Counted from the first letter of the whole stretch, positions 26,609 to 40,446 are shown. The stretch: DNA of 63,015 nt, filler included, from Sluysia triapertura (GCA_046118255.1; 5 parts of 5 records of this genome joined end to end with filler, not necessarily neighbours in it); one strand, 5' to 3'. Notes: a model not told the origin generated them from the sequence alone. Program-made: numbers and translations.

Positions 26609-27639
26609 ATCATTTTTCCGCTTAAAGGAAATGTGTCCTCAAATTTTATTGGATCTTAAAGAGAAAAAGTTTAAGTGATAAAGCATGCAACGAAATGTAA
26701 AATTAAAATAAAAAATTATTCAGTAATGACAATTTTATTAATATAAATTGAAAATCATTGTCAATAAAATTAGCCACAATTAGTTCGATATTGTCACTGG
26801 GGCCAAACCATCCTGCATCAGCTTCATTCAGGTCGACGTCAGGATAATGTGACTTTGAGTTATTGTTGGATTATTCAGGGGAAGGTAACTGAATATCACA
26901 CGAAAAAGGAAGATAATGGGCAAAAAACGTATCCTAAAAATCTGGATCTAGTGTCACTGAATTGATCCAAATCGATGGCGTTGGAGAATCAGAACGAGCG
27001 GAGGAAGAAGAAATTGGGAAAGCAAAGAAAGGCATTCAATCGAATATGATCAAACAACAAGCAAGACAATTTAAGGAAAAATTTAAAATTTTATCTGTAC
27101 TTCCATTTCTTATAATAGAGACGAGTTAGATATTTTATTAAGACAGTTTAAGTAAATAAAAGCAAAATCTTTATATTTTACTAAAGTTTACAAATAATTT
27201 TAAAGTGAGTAAGAGTCATTAATTATTAACGTCAGTAAGTCTACGTTGAATTTAATATATTGCGTGCCGAATATTGTTCGGTGGTGATACGTTTATTTGA
27301 AGGAGATTTCTTGTTGAAAGTTTAATTTAATTAATTTCTCTTATATTTTTATTAACTTTGTATGTATTTTTAAAATCTTTTTTATTGTTATACATATATA
27401 ACTGACAAAATAGTTGAGACTATTTGAATGACATTTGAATGACATGACACGAATTGTGTTAAAGTAATAAACGATAAATTTTCATTACAATTTAATTTTA
27501 AAGTAATAACGCACAAGTTGTTTTATTTCACTATTTCGATTATATTGAATTTTATGTGTTATTAAAATATGCAGAAGGAAGATAAAAAAAATATTAAGGC
27601 ATGAGATAAAAAATAATGAAGTTCGTCAAAGAAACAGTG

Positions 27640-28110
27640 GTAGACCAGTAACATTCACGGAAGATGTAAAGAAGAATTTAGAATCAAATCATCCACATGG
27701 AATGGAAACTACCAAACAAGTAATTCCATGGTTAATTTAAGTTATTTTAAACTTCAAGTCGTACCTAAATTAGAAGATATGCATTTTATAAATCGAATTT
27801 AAAATCACATGGTTGAATGAAATTATATTCCGTTCCACTAAAGTCACCAAAATTAATGAACCAATGTTTTAGACAATGTCCTGGAAGACTGTAACTGCAC
27901 ATATAAGAAAAAGAGGTTGTATTAATATGAATTACCCTGTTTCAGATATTTTAAAACACAATTTTGATAAGCCGCTATTTCATATTTCAATGACTAGCTG
28001 AGGTTCGCGGATCTACATTGCTTGGACTACATTTTTGTGGTTATGTGAAAGAAGAATTATCCAAGAAAACCAAGTTTGAAAATCTTGATATTTTACACGA
28101 AACTATTGAA
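27640..28110 (+). mobile_element. Decayed Tc1/mariner transposase remnant
   Basis: Frameshifted ADLHCLDYIF/GYVKEE around 28005-28060 corresponds to the SPDLNPLDYFLWGYxK motif. Confidence 0.55.
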
Positions 28111-28365
28111 CCTATTAATGGATTGCGTTTCAAATTAAATTAAATATAAATTCAAGAAAGGCCAATGAAAAAATAGGTATTGTATAATATTAGATATTTA
28201 TATTTAAGGTCCATGCTTGGTTCATATATTATTGTAATATACATTGTTTAGTTTCATTGACTGAATAACGGTCGAGACACACGCGTAGAATAATATATTG
28301 AAAAAAATTTAGATATTACATAGCTATAATATTATATAAAATTCAAGCTCTGAATTATATTGTAA

Positions 28366-28600
28366 TATTAGGTTGTAATCACAAATCTTTAAAATCACTT
28401 TATTTTCCAAAAAAGAAATTATTTTTCGAGAAATGAAAATAAAATTTCGGAAAAAAATAGAATAAAAAGTTTCAAAAATGTTTTAGAATATTCCATCGAT
28501 TCACATTGGCTGATGACTAGTACATAAACTGGCTTCAGTTTAATGAGATTTGTCATTTTTAAATCTTTAGTTTTGTTTTGTTAGCCATTTTGAAACATAC
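28366..28600 (+). repeat. LTR-like family D copy
   Basis: ttaggttgtaatcacaa...cattggctgatgactagtacataaactggcttcagt...gccattttgaa, colinear with 61202-61380. Confidence 0.7.
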
Positions 28601-29551
28601 AATTTTGGATATTCTTTTGTTCGCAACATATTTAGTTAATCTATTGGCATGTATCACGTAAAATATTTTTTCTAAGACAATACTAAATCTATCTTAAGAA
28701 AATTAGTATTTTAAACTCTACGTAAAATTTACTTTTCGTTAAAAATGTTAAATTTCCCCGATGTATCGAGGGGCAAATACAGGTAACATAATTTATTATA
28801 TAAAACAATTAAAGACTTTTATAGCTTGTTTTTGATATTTTGATTTTCTTTTTTACAAATAATTAAAGTGTACAATTTTATTTGATTTAAATTTAATATA
28901 ATTTCAGATTTATAGTTTTATTATTGTTAAAAAACGCTAATTTTAAAATTTTTCAAGGTTAAGGATAGAGCATTCATTGAAAATTATTAACTTATAACTG
29001 GACCCCGCTCAAAGTGTTTCAAAGTATAAGTTAGAATAGAATATGTTGGTTCTATAGTAATTGTAAAAACAAATATAACACGAATTATACTTTCTATAAT
29101 TAAGACATAAATTTGAAATATTAGTCATATTCAACTTATGAAAAGTTAGATATCTTTATTGCATTAAATGTCTACCAATATTGATCATGAAAATTTATTG
29201 ACAACAATGTAAATATAAAATCGTACGATAATAAATTTAATCAAAACTAATTAACTTACAACTCGGCAAATGATTATTCGTAAACGAAATAAATAAGAAA
29301 TATGTTAAACTGATGATAAATAAAAATAATTCAATTGTATAACGAAGGAAATTGTATTGAAATTTTACGAATTTGAAAAATACGACTTACATTTGTATTA
29401 TAAAATATATTTATGTATTACAAAACAGTTTCATTATGATCTGTAAATTTTCAAAATTAAATATTTTGATTAATTAGTTCATTAAAATGAAATTATGGTA
29501 AATTAAAAGATTTTATAACATTTAGTAAATTTAATATAATATAATATATAC

Positions 29552-29682
29552 TTTTCATCACATAAGTGATACAAATTTGTTTCATTTGAATAATGATACC
29601 ACTCGTTTAATAACTTCCAATTCGTTAAATACAGTAAGTGATTTATCTCATCTTTGAATTTTGTAACCTTCTTCATATTTTC
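29552..29682 (-). CDS. Uncharacterised coiled-coil protein, exon
   Basis: cattag acceptor and GT donor. ENMKKVTKFKDEINHLLYLTNWKLLNEWYHYSNETNLYHLCDE, phases 0/2 consistent with neighbouring exons. Confidence 0.65.
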
Positions 29683-30030
29683 CTAATGATAATACTAATA
29701 CTAATACTATTAATAGTAATTATAATAATAATGTAATAAAAATAAGGATTAATAATAAGATTTTTACGTAAATAATAATTGAAGCTCAATTTATTGGACA
29801 ATGTATTACAATTTTGCAACATTGTAGTTTTATTTTTAAAACACATCAATTTAATAATCAAATTACTATATCAATTTAAGAATACAATTACTCATTATAC
29901 TATTACAGCATAAATATCAAGACGATAAAAACAAATTTTCAAAAATTATTGTGATTTTGTCTTCTTTAGAAACGTACCATTTTTGTTGCCGATTATATAA
30001 ATAAAATAATATCACCAAAATAAAACAAAC

Positions 30031-30273
30031 TTGAATTAAAGAATTATTTTGTTCTCTGTATGATCTTTCATTAGACAAACTTTCAAAACTATTTTCACGA
30101 TTTCCAAATTTCTGTTGAATTTTCATTTCTTCCTTTTTCAAATTATCGATTAGTTTATTGATTTTATTAATATTTTCCCGATCATTCTCCATATTAGATG
30201 TGATTAGATTCCAGTCTTCTTGTGTCAAAGCTGTAGGTAGTTCTTTTTCATCAAGTTTTTGACTAAAAAGAAT
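30031..30273 (-). CDS. Uncharacterised coiled-coil protein, exon
   Basis: ttccag acceptor and GTTTGT donor. 243-bp open frame ILFSQKLDEKELPTALTQEDWNLITSNMENDRENINKINKLIDNLKKEEMKIQQKF...SLIQ. Confidence 0.75.
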
Positions 30274-30534
30274 CTGGAATAATAATCAAAATTAATAAAA
30301 GTAAATCTTATTTCGGTATTCGACATTATTATTTCTCATTTCATAAAAAATTCAATCTAAACTAGAATTTAATGCATATTTAAATGTCCCAAGTTTAAGT
30401 AATTGCAATATAATGGATAATAAATAAGTGAAAGGGAAAATATAAAGGTACAACGGTTAAAGAAAATAATTACATTTGCATGGGCAAAATGAATTAATTA
30501 ATGTGCACGTTACAATTTAAGACTTAAAACTTAC

Positions 30535-30594
30535 GTTTGTAGCTATGGCAAGTGTAAAATTATGCAAAACACTATTTCTCTTACATCTCTGGAT
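30535..30594 (-). CDS. Uncharacterised coiled-coil protein, 60-bp exon
   Basis: tttttag acceptor and GTAAGT donor. IQRCKRNSVLHNFTLAIATN, phase 0/0. Confidence 0.6.
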
Positions 30595-31016
30595 CTAAAA
30601 ATATTAGGTTCTGACAGTTTCCTCATTTATTATTAGTTAATGCGACTTTATCTTGAACTAAAATCAAATAAATCACGAATACAAACAAATCTCTTACTAC
30701 TTTTAATACAAATAGTTCAGAAGAAATGTATATATTTCTAATAATTAATAAATAAAAAGAAAGTAAAGTTTAGGAACTTTATTCCTCATTAATCGGACAA
30801 AACAAATTATTTAAAAATAATTATTTTATGTTTTCTTTAAGAAACATAATATTATTATTATTATTATTTTAATAATATTAAATAATACAATTTCTACTCA
30901 CTGAATATATGCTATTCATTTGGTGAAATGAAAATGCAGTTATTTATACTTATATTACACGAAATATGCCTCCGAATAGTTATATTTTCAGAATTTATTA
31001 GAATCAAACCGATTAC

Positions 31017-31067
31017 ACATATTTCGAAATTTTGTTTTTCTTTATCAATAAGAGTTGCCAAGGAAAT
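31017..31067 (-). CDS. Possible upstream exon of the same gene
   Basis: tgtag acceptor and GTAATC donor. ISLATLIDKEKQNFEIC, phase 0. Short, so support is weak. Confidence 0.35.
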
Positions 31068-31911
31068 CTACATTTTTAAAACGAATTTAATAAGTTATTC
31101 TCCCTCGTAAAGTTAAAAAATATATAATAAGTTTTCACAATAGCCCGTATTATTAAAGTAAAACTGAGTAATAATTAGGGCTGTTTCCGGTGCACCGGAT
31201 AAATTTTCTGAACTGGTTTTTGATTTAGATGCACCTGATTTTATCTTATGAACATGATCAATAAATAAATGACAGTCTTAACTCCACATTTTAAGTAGTA
31301 TTATTATTTAAGATTTGTTAACACGTTCTTGTTTCCAGTGGTAATAAGTGTCTTTATTACCAATTAAATATTTTATTACCGATTAAATGCGAGTTTGTAT
31401 GTTGATGTGCACGATCACGGATCTGTGTGGTAGGCATGCGAAGTGTCAATAAATATTCATCATTATTAGTCACACTAGCATGAATAACCTTAAATTAACA
31501 GTAAATTATCCTGGAAAGTGAATATACATTTTGATCCCAGACTTCTTTAAATCCTGAATTCCATTTAAGTAAATTATTTTCATTATGATAAGGTGCTTTC
31601 TTAATTAATAGAAACTCGCATAAATATTTGAACAAAACGTTTAACCAACAAAATTAGTTAATTCTTTTTATCATAATATACAATGAACAGATTACAAAGA
31701 AAAGATATTTAGTAAAAGACACTAAGTAAAAATACAACCTAATATTTAAAAGGTTAGTATAATAATACTAAACTTTTTTAAATTTAAATTTTCAATTACT
31801 CTTTTAAATAAGTTTTAATCCGCTGTTTAAAATGCTGCTCTCAAAAAAGTGTCTGAATTTGCGTAATATTTTATGCCTTTTTAAATTGGTAGCAACTTAA
31901 AATATCTTTGC

Positions 31912-31985
31912 TGTGGTTTTCTTGCAGCAAATCTGGTCTGTTCTAGTAAATTTGTCGTGAAGAGGGCGTTCCTATAACTGCAAAT
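31912..31985 (-). repeat. Terminal module B
   Basis: tgtggttttctt...aatctggt...agtaaatttgtcgtgaagagggcgttcc, compared with 6188 tgtggtttttct...aatccggttacagtaaacatcttgtcgtaaagagggcgcttc. Confidence 0.7.
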
Positions 31986-33734
31986 TAACTCATATATATA
32001 ACAGCTTAATCTATCTGTAAATATATGTATCTTTATGAATTTTTATTTTTATTTTATACACATTTTCGTATAATTTTCAAGGAAATATAAATAAATTTTA
32101 ATTCGTAAAATATGTAAAAAATAAATAATATTAAATAATGTAAACATTTTAAATATATTAAATTAAAGAATTAAAACTTTGTGTTTGAAAATTATTCTAT
32201 TTTTATGATTGAAAATTATTACATTTTTATTACATTTTAATCATTAAAAAATTTTATTTGTATTAAAAATCATTAAAAATTTTATTTCATATTTTATTAC
32301 GACTTTATGGAACATATAAAAGACATTTAAAACTATTAAACGCAACAAAAATATATTCAAAGGTTCACAAAAAAATCGTCTGATTATGACAAAACATAAA
32401 AAAGTCGTAACATCTTTATCGCATTGGTCGATTAACGTACTCATCAAATCGAAAGCGGTATAACAAATCAAATTAAACCTGGTATCCTTAATCGTGAAAT
32501 GAAAAACAGTATCCAAATCTAAATTCACTCAACAGATATAATTCTACGCACATAATCCAATTATTTTTCAACACGATTTTTTTCCATGAATTCGTAAGAT
32601 CATTTATTTTTAAGATTTTAATCCTATAATTATTGCAGGATGAATTTTCCACTCAAAATCTTTAATTATTGAATTCAATAATTATTCCTGGATTAATCTT
32701 TAATTAAAATTTCAAAATTCATAAAATTAACAGCAATCTTAATACTTAATTATTATTATCATTATTATTATTATTAATTTTGTTTTTTTAATTTATTTTT
32801 GATACTTTTTGTAATAAATATTCAGTATTTTCATTAGTTATTTTTAAAAAACCTATGTGAAAGAACGGTTACTGAATAAGAACATTGATTAAGAAAATAA
32901 GTTTCATTTTTAAGATAGAAATAATAGAGATAAGCTAAGTGTTTTATTTTAAATAAATTTTACCATTTGTGCGTATCGAATATGACTAGTAATTTCTACG
33001 GTTAAAAGCACATTTAATTTATTATTAAAAGAAAATTAATTTTAAGGAAAAAAATCCTCGCCAAGAATAAGGAACATAGAATTTGACAATTAAAACCTGA
33101 AACAGTGTCTTCCTCGTATATAAACCACTGATTTCAGGCGGACCTAAATAATTTAACTCTATTTAATTCAGGTAGAAATTGCGGCATATCTACTTACCTA
33201 TACAATTCAACTTAATACAAGTTTCAAAATTAATTTATATTCACTTAATCAAGGGTTTCTGCTTGATAGTTTAACGTCGAATATTATTTTAACGAGCAAT
33301 GCTACAATTGTTCAAAATAACAAAAACAACTTATTAATGTTAATTAATTCACAAAAATTACTTCACAAACGGTTACATAATTTTAAGAGAAAAGACAATC
33401 AAGTATAATTTTAAATTAAAACCTTTAAATTTATTATATTTAAATAAAAAAATAAAATTTTCCCCTCTTTGTATCAGGGTTATAGTAAAATTAATAAACA
33501 TTTTAAGTGCATTTTAAAGTTCTAAAAATTATAACTGTCCATACAAAGATAAACTTACGGATTAATTGAATTATATTCTCGAAAGAAAAAGAATTTGATC
33601 ATCCAAATAAAATATCGGGATTGAAAAAATATTTTTTAAATATAAACCAAATTGATATTCTTTAAAAATTAGAATTTTCTAAAAATTGTTGACTCTTATA
33701 AATTTATAAATTAAAAAAAAAGTTAATACATCTT

Positions 33735-33981
33735 TGTGTTTGAAAATTTACTGATGCCACGATATATACTGGTCAACAGCCAATCAACATTGAGTTTCTC
33801 GAAAATTCCAGAAATTTCTAGAATTTTCGATTTCTATTCAGGAAAACCTTACTTTCTTTTTTCGAAAACTATTTTTCTTTTTTGGAAATTTATTTTCCTT
33901 TATAGAAAATTATTTTTTTATAAATTAATTTTATTTATTGAACTTTTTAAGATTTTTAAGGTTTGTGATGAGAACCTAACT
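33735..33981 (-). repeat. LTR-like family D copy
   Basis: tatatactggtcaacagccaatc...ttctagaattttc...ggtttgtgatgagaacctaac. Confidence 0.7.
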
Positions 33982-34064
33982 TATTAAACTGTAAATAATA
34001 ATATCTGTGTAAAAAATTTTTTGTAAATAATATTTTCTTGTAATAATCGTGTAAATTATAAATA

Positions 34065-34164
34065 NNNNNNNNNNNNNNNNNNNNNNNNNNNNNNNNNNNN
34101 NNNNNNNNTTAATTAATTAANNNNNNNNNNNNNNNNNNNNNNNNNNNNNNNNNNNNNNNNNNNN
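34065..34164. other. Artificial contig-join spacer
   Basis: N44-TTAATTAATTAA-N44. Confidence 0.95.
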
Positions 34165-35151
34165 ACATTTCAACATATAATGTCTATTGCCACTTCATCA
34201 ACACTGTAGCACTGCCTTTTATTGTACTTTTTATTGAATTTATTATTGAAAGTCTAAACTTTCAATATGTCTGGGAAAGACCATCAAGATTTTACAATGA
34301 CAAACTTACAAGTACTTAAAACGTTATATAAAACTTATCTTAAAACAACGATACATATATACATATAATCATTTTTATTAGTAGTAGTGTAAAATTAAGA
34401 TTCAATTGCTTTTATTAATCACAATGTCGGTAAATGACGACATAAGTGATTTAATGCTGTATAGATGTTTTACCTTACAATCTATAAAATAAATATAACG
34501 GATTTGTGGCTCATTCATTATCAATACGTAAATATTTGTTAAAGAAAACACAATGAACCAATAAGAAAAGAAAGTAATTTACTGACTCAACAGAAATAGA
34601 AAGTATAAAAATAAATTATTTAATACCTTAATCAAATTAAAATTTAATAATAAATTCAAAAATTGTAAATACAATTTTATACGAAACTTACATTATTGAA
34701 GAAAATTAGCACACTGTAAACTAAAATATTCATTAAATTTATATAACATTCTTATTTAATTTACAGATGACAATCAAAACTAAAAATCTACAATACAACA
34801 TCAATTTATATTTTTGTATATATTTGTATTTTTTTAAAATTCATAATACAACTTATTTATATAGTCAAATTCGATTTTATACGGATTAATTTGTGTTGTC
34901 TCATTTATTAATGTAAATTAATGTTTTAATTTTAATATAATAATACGCATACTTTTTACAATTTAACTATTTTAAAGCGTTTTATAATTTTATCAAATGT
35001 CATTTTACAATGCTTTTACTTTTGTCTTCATAATCATAATTAGAAGCATGTTGAAACATAAACAAGTTTTAATTGATACGATGCGCACACGTACTATATA
35101 GTGGTCCAGGTTATTACGTCATATGACTTTTAATCGATTAAGTAAAAGATG

Positions 35152-35182
35152 TTATTTTATTATTATTTTATTATTATTATTA

Positions 35183-35233
<51 letters not shown>

Positions 35234-35245
35234 TATTATTTTATT
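35152..35245. repeat. (TAT)n microsatellite
   Basis: Direct reading. Confidence 0.9.
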
Positions 35246-36439
35246 GCCATCCATTTTGTTTAAATACATCAATGTTGCTTATTAAAAATGAATAACAAAT
35301 AATAGTATTAATAATTATAAATGTCAAATACTGTTTTTAATATTTGCGATTCTATCTTAGAGATCTAGTTTGAAGACGTAATATTATATCTTTTTGTATT
35401 TATAAAATATGCAAGTTTATTAGTCCACTTAGTTGACAATGTTTTATAAAATCACAAACAAATTTTAACTTTAATTTAGAATATAAAACTTTAAAAATTA
35501 AGATAATTAAATAGAAAATAAACTATTTAAAATAAATGAAGGATAATTTCTTTAAAAAGTCAACTTTAAAAGTAATATGAAAAAAGACTACTTTTTGAAC
35601 GTGTAAAAAGCTACTTAGAAGATAATTTTTGATAAAGATAACTTTTGTTTTGATTAATATTATATTTCTGAGACCTAAGATTATATAAAATTATATTTAT
35701 ATAAAACATGTTTATATTTAAAATTATCAGGAATAAAATATTAAAATAAAGCAAGAAAAATTAATTTAAATATATTTTGAAAATAAAATAAATCAGTGAA
35801 ATTATCCATTTCTATCAAAAAAACCAAAAGGAAATGAAATATCCCGAAAATTCTTTGAAAACGCTTCGAAAATAGCTGATAAAGTAACAACAAACGTTAG
35901 AATGTGTTTGAATAACAAGTCAAAGCTAAAAAAATTAAAATAAAAGGAAAACAGTCTAGCAAAACGTCATACTTAATTAAGACACAAAAACGTTGACGGA
36001 ATTTTAAAAAATGAACCAAATGTACCTAAATAAATAAAAGCTATCACAAGGTGAATATAAATAAATAAATTATATAAAGAATGAAATTAACTATTATATA
36101 GAAAAATTTGCCATATAAGAACAAAAGTAGAGCTTAAAATTATATATACACATTTAAGTACGAAATAAAATTGACGACATATTACAATTAATGATAGAAA
36201 ATAAATTAAATAACTGATTGGTTATAGTCTATGATGAAACACCAAATAAAGTAGTGTTTTTACGACAAATAATGTTATAAGGCATTACATCCATTTACAA
36301 TTATGAAGAATGTAGAAAAATATATATAATGTTGACACTTTTTATCTTATGAATTCTAGAAAACTTATATTTTATTATTTTATAAATTTTAGACAAACCA
36401 TATATACCTTGAAATTAATATTTTAATAATAATATTTTA

Positions 36440-36800
36440 ATTTATATTGTGCTCATATCTACTGCAAAGTAAGTACTCAAAAGCGCTTAAACTTATTTTC
36501 GAAGCAGAAATAATTTTGCAGTTTTCTTAAATATTTCATAATCTTCCACTAATTTGATAACTTGTATATTTTTGAAACATAAACGTTATACAATCTACCA
36601 CCTAGCTTATTATCACTGTAGATTCTGTGTACATGTCTCAATGAAATATTCATCTTGGTTTCTAAATTTTTTATTATTTCTAAAAAATATTCAGGACTTC
36701 CGTAATGTAAACACTTGTAAATTATTGTCATGATTTTGAATTCTATCCTTGCTTTTATTGGCTTCTACTGATTTAAAGACTAAGTAATTCATAGATACAA
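36440..36800 (-). mobile_element. 3' remnant of an L2/CR1-group LINE ORF2
   Basis: KPIKARIEFKIMTIIYKCLHYGSPEYF...LR...KLGGRLYNVYVSKIY resembles the L2/Crack C-terminal pattern LPVxxRIxFKIxxxxYKxLHGxAPxYL...GxRxFSVxxPxLWN. Confidence 0.65.
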
Positions 36801-37514
36801 CTTTTATACCGTCGAACTATCCACAATTTATAAGTTTGATAATAAATATAATACATATATAAAATAAGTTTAAAATTGAAATAAATAAAATTATAATATG
36901 AAATTCGATAAAATTGTTCGAATTTAAAATTAAAATGAAGTTAATTCTGATTAAGTGTTTCTTGTCTTATTTGTAGTCCATTTATAATGCAGTTGATATT
37001 TGTACATAGTTTATTTTTCAACATATATCGTCGTTTATTATTTTTTATAAAATAAAATTTAGGATTAGTCTTCTTTAATTAATTCTAGGTTCAGGGAAAA
37101 TTTTGAAATTTTGATTTTGAAATTCATTCTTTATACACTTTCATTTATAACACAAAAGACATGTTATAATATTTATATCATTTAAATTTCATTTTAAATT
37201 ATTATTGAAAATAAATTGCCAAAGTTTTATAAGCTATAAGAATAAAGTTATAATAAGAGTCAATAATATTAATTTACCATATAAATTAAATTTTATTGAA
37301 TCAAAGTAAGGTTCATTTAAAGATTTTTGATAATTTTGATAATTACTTTGCATTATCACATAAAGTTACAAATCTTACGGTTAGAAATAAATTAAGTTTT
37401 TTGAAATCTGCATTTAAATTAGTTCAGTAATAGTTATTTAATGCACACTCAAAATTACTTTCATTACCTTCACTTTAACTTTGATAAGTAAATAGTATTA
37501 CCACTATTTATTTT

Positions 37515-40446
37515 ATATGTTATATAAATTAAACTAATTTGTTTATTATTTATTGTAATATATGAACTATGCGATTGCGAGCTGTGTGTTTGAATATAAT
37601 CAAACTAATGATTAATTTATAAATTATTATATTATTTTTTATTTTCATTCTTTGAATCATTTAAATTATTATTATTGATTAAAGGATTTTTTATTTTTAA
37701 AGTATGTTTTATTTTTTGTAAATATTTTTAAATATTAATTTTAAAAAATATTAATTTAGTTCGAATTTTTAAAATTTTGTTTGAAATCATAAAACTGCTC
37801 AAGGACAACAAAATTTTTTTATATAAATGCCTAGCACAATTTACAATTTAAAAAATTAAACACGATTAAAAATAATCAAAAATTCTCTACGAACAGTGTT
37901 GAAGACCAAACGATACAGAATCATTGAACAGTTTTTATGATTCGTAAACGTTAGTTTATTTATGTAAGTTTGGTATCATTGTGATACTCACGTAAAATAC
38001 AGGAAAAATTAACTATTATTACTGGATCTTTTATTAGATCTATTGTGGTCTTGGTCTTATAATTTAAATGTTTAAGGTTACCGTTGTTATTGGTACTGTT
38101 ACAACGGCTTTTATCTACATAATATTTAAAATTGCAACAAAACCGGTGCTTAAGGCACTCGAAAATCACATTATAAAGAACAACATTTGAATAAGAATAA
38201 CATGAGAAATTTATATTATAGGCACATAAAAAGATTGACAATGATTGTTGACACATTAAAACATTGAATAAGTCTAATAGTATAAAACTTACATTCTCTA
38301 TGAGCCGTAAGGCTGTAAGATGTCACTCCTAAGCTTCCACTCTTTCCGACATTTTGAACAAGAAAAGTTATCTCACCAGGCTCAAGCACGATAAAAACAA
38401 ACATACTTCGGTGACAATCATATATCGAGTGCAAAATAAAAATCGAAAAACAAAAAATTGAACGAAATTTCAAATCACTAGTTTTTAAAATTACGAGCTT
38501 GTTCTTAGTACTGAGCGAACGATATCCATGTCCAAGTTGGTTGTCCATGGATAGGTTGTCTACATAACTAAAATGAATAGGCTTATACATTCGATTAACT
38601 TTAAAATTTAAATAACGTAAACATCTCTTTGGACTAGGGGTATCATTGTCCAGTACTAAATGTTGGATTGTTTTCAACTTAATAAAAAAATCAAAAATAG
38701 CATCAAAATATAATAAATTTAATATAACATAAGAGAAATCAGGTACTTCTCCATTCTGCACGGCTCTATTGACCTCTAATTCCTCATAACTAGAGTTCCA
38801 CACTTGATCTTTAAAATTTGAATTCGAGGTTTTCCTGACCACCACAATATGACTGGTTACACTTAAAATAGATCCCCAAATATGGTTCATATGATCTTCG
38901 ATAAAGACTGCACCTATAATTAACGATTCATACTTATTAAGAATCTTACCGATCTTTAAAATTTGCTTAGCTATTCCATACCTATCATATTCCTTTTCGC
39001 TAATCAAGACTGAACCTATTATTGATAATTTGCCTATGTCAAATAACTTACTGTCTTCTTTCCATTTCGTAATGTTTTGAAATGATTTTTCTTCTACTAA
39101 ATAAACCATTAGTATGCAGCCACTAGCTTCTTTATAATACACTCTTGCCATTGATGTATATAGTTACTGTCCGGCAAAATCACATATTTGCATTTTAAAC
39201 TTTCTATGATCGTGCCAAAAATTTTCTTTCAATGCTTAATAAACTTGAATTATGTCGCGGATATAATGGGTTATAATTAATGTCTTTCCGACTTTCGCAT
39301 CACTAATTATGAACACTTCAAAAAGAAAATCCATTAGTATTCAAAAATATGAGAATATTTAAATTTAAAGCACATATAGTTTTTTAAAATATAAAAGTAA
39401 AAAATTTTACATAATTTTTTAAAATATAAAATTTATAAAATATAAAAGTCATTTAGATAGGTGTAATCTTTAACAATCAGAGCAAGTTTGACAATTTCTT
39501 CAAAATTCATAATTTCTTATATCAGTGATTTATAATATTAAAACAAATTAAAATTCACACATTATATCTCGAAATTTTTAGAACTATCAATTCATCAATT
39601 TATCCAGTAAAATGTACGATTTATTATCAGAAGATTATGAATCACAATTACATTACCGATATTTCTTTACAAGTTGAGATTTCAAATTATATAATGGTAT
39701 CCAATTATATCAAATAAAACCATCCATACTTTCATTAGGACTTCGAAGTGTCAAAATATATTTACAATGACACAGCGTAAGAAACAACTGGAAATATATT
39801 CAGATAAAAGGTGATCTCAAAAAAAGTAAATCACATCGAAAATTCAAAATTCTAATTTTGGAAGAATTTAGACATTTCGTTAAAATAAATTTTCCAAATA
39901 TTAAAATGAATATTCTATACTACTTATACGTATTGAATATGTATAAATTATAATATATAAAAATGAACATATATACCATTACAAAAATTTATATCAAGTC
40001 AAAAATTAAAAAGTAATTAAAATGATTTGAAGTATGATATCACATGTGTTAAGACGTCTAAGAAAATAAATGCTTCCATTTAATAACTGTAAATAAGAAT
40101 CAAGAGGGATAAAATTGTACAAAATATAAAAATAAAAAAATGATCTCCAAGTTCTACCCCTGGAATAATGCTAAGAGTATGTTGCCAGGGTACATGACTA
40201 AAATACTATAATTTCTATGCTTTAACATTTTTTAAATCAGAATTAGAAAGTTTATATTTATGATTAGTATTATTATTTGCCATAATACAAAGTTCTCAAA
40301 GCATTTAAATAGAATATACAGATAGGAAAATATTGTATCATAATGATAGGTGAGACTTCTTATGGTTTAGTTTTTGTCATGAGGTTTGTATAGATGAGTG
40401 TTATGGTTGGTGTGATGTATACGTAGGTGTAAGTTGGGCCACCACG
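37515..40446 (-). mobile_element. Cargo-carrying LTR-like element E4 (left boundary approximate)
   Basis: Right end gttgggccaccac (40433-40445) follows a GT-rich block homologous to the E5 start. Near the left end, gcgagctgtgtgtttgaatat (37577) matches E3 gtgagcttgtatggttgatat (57099). Confidence 0.45.
38216..39334 (-). pseudogene. RAB29: Intronless Rab29 (Rab7L1)/Rab32-family sequence fused to a long unrelated open frame
   Basis: MDFLFEVFIISDAKVGKT...Y*ALKENFW...QICDFAGQ*LYTSMARVYYKEASGCILM...FQNITKWKEDSKL. TAA at 39238-39236 and 39166-39164, switch I (TxGVDF) deleted, then a stop-free 311 codons to 38216. Confidence 0.8.

Noticed and set aside
6549-39238. In-frame TAA codons in the TTLL and Rab sequences as evidence for stop-codon reassignment
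   Set aside because: The stops fall at positions expected to be different residues (K, Q, E), come with frameshifts and deletions, and the intact exons have no internal stops. This is ordinary decay.
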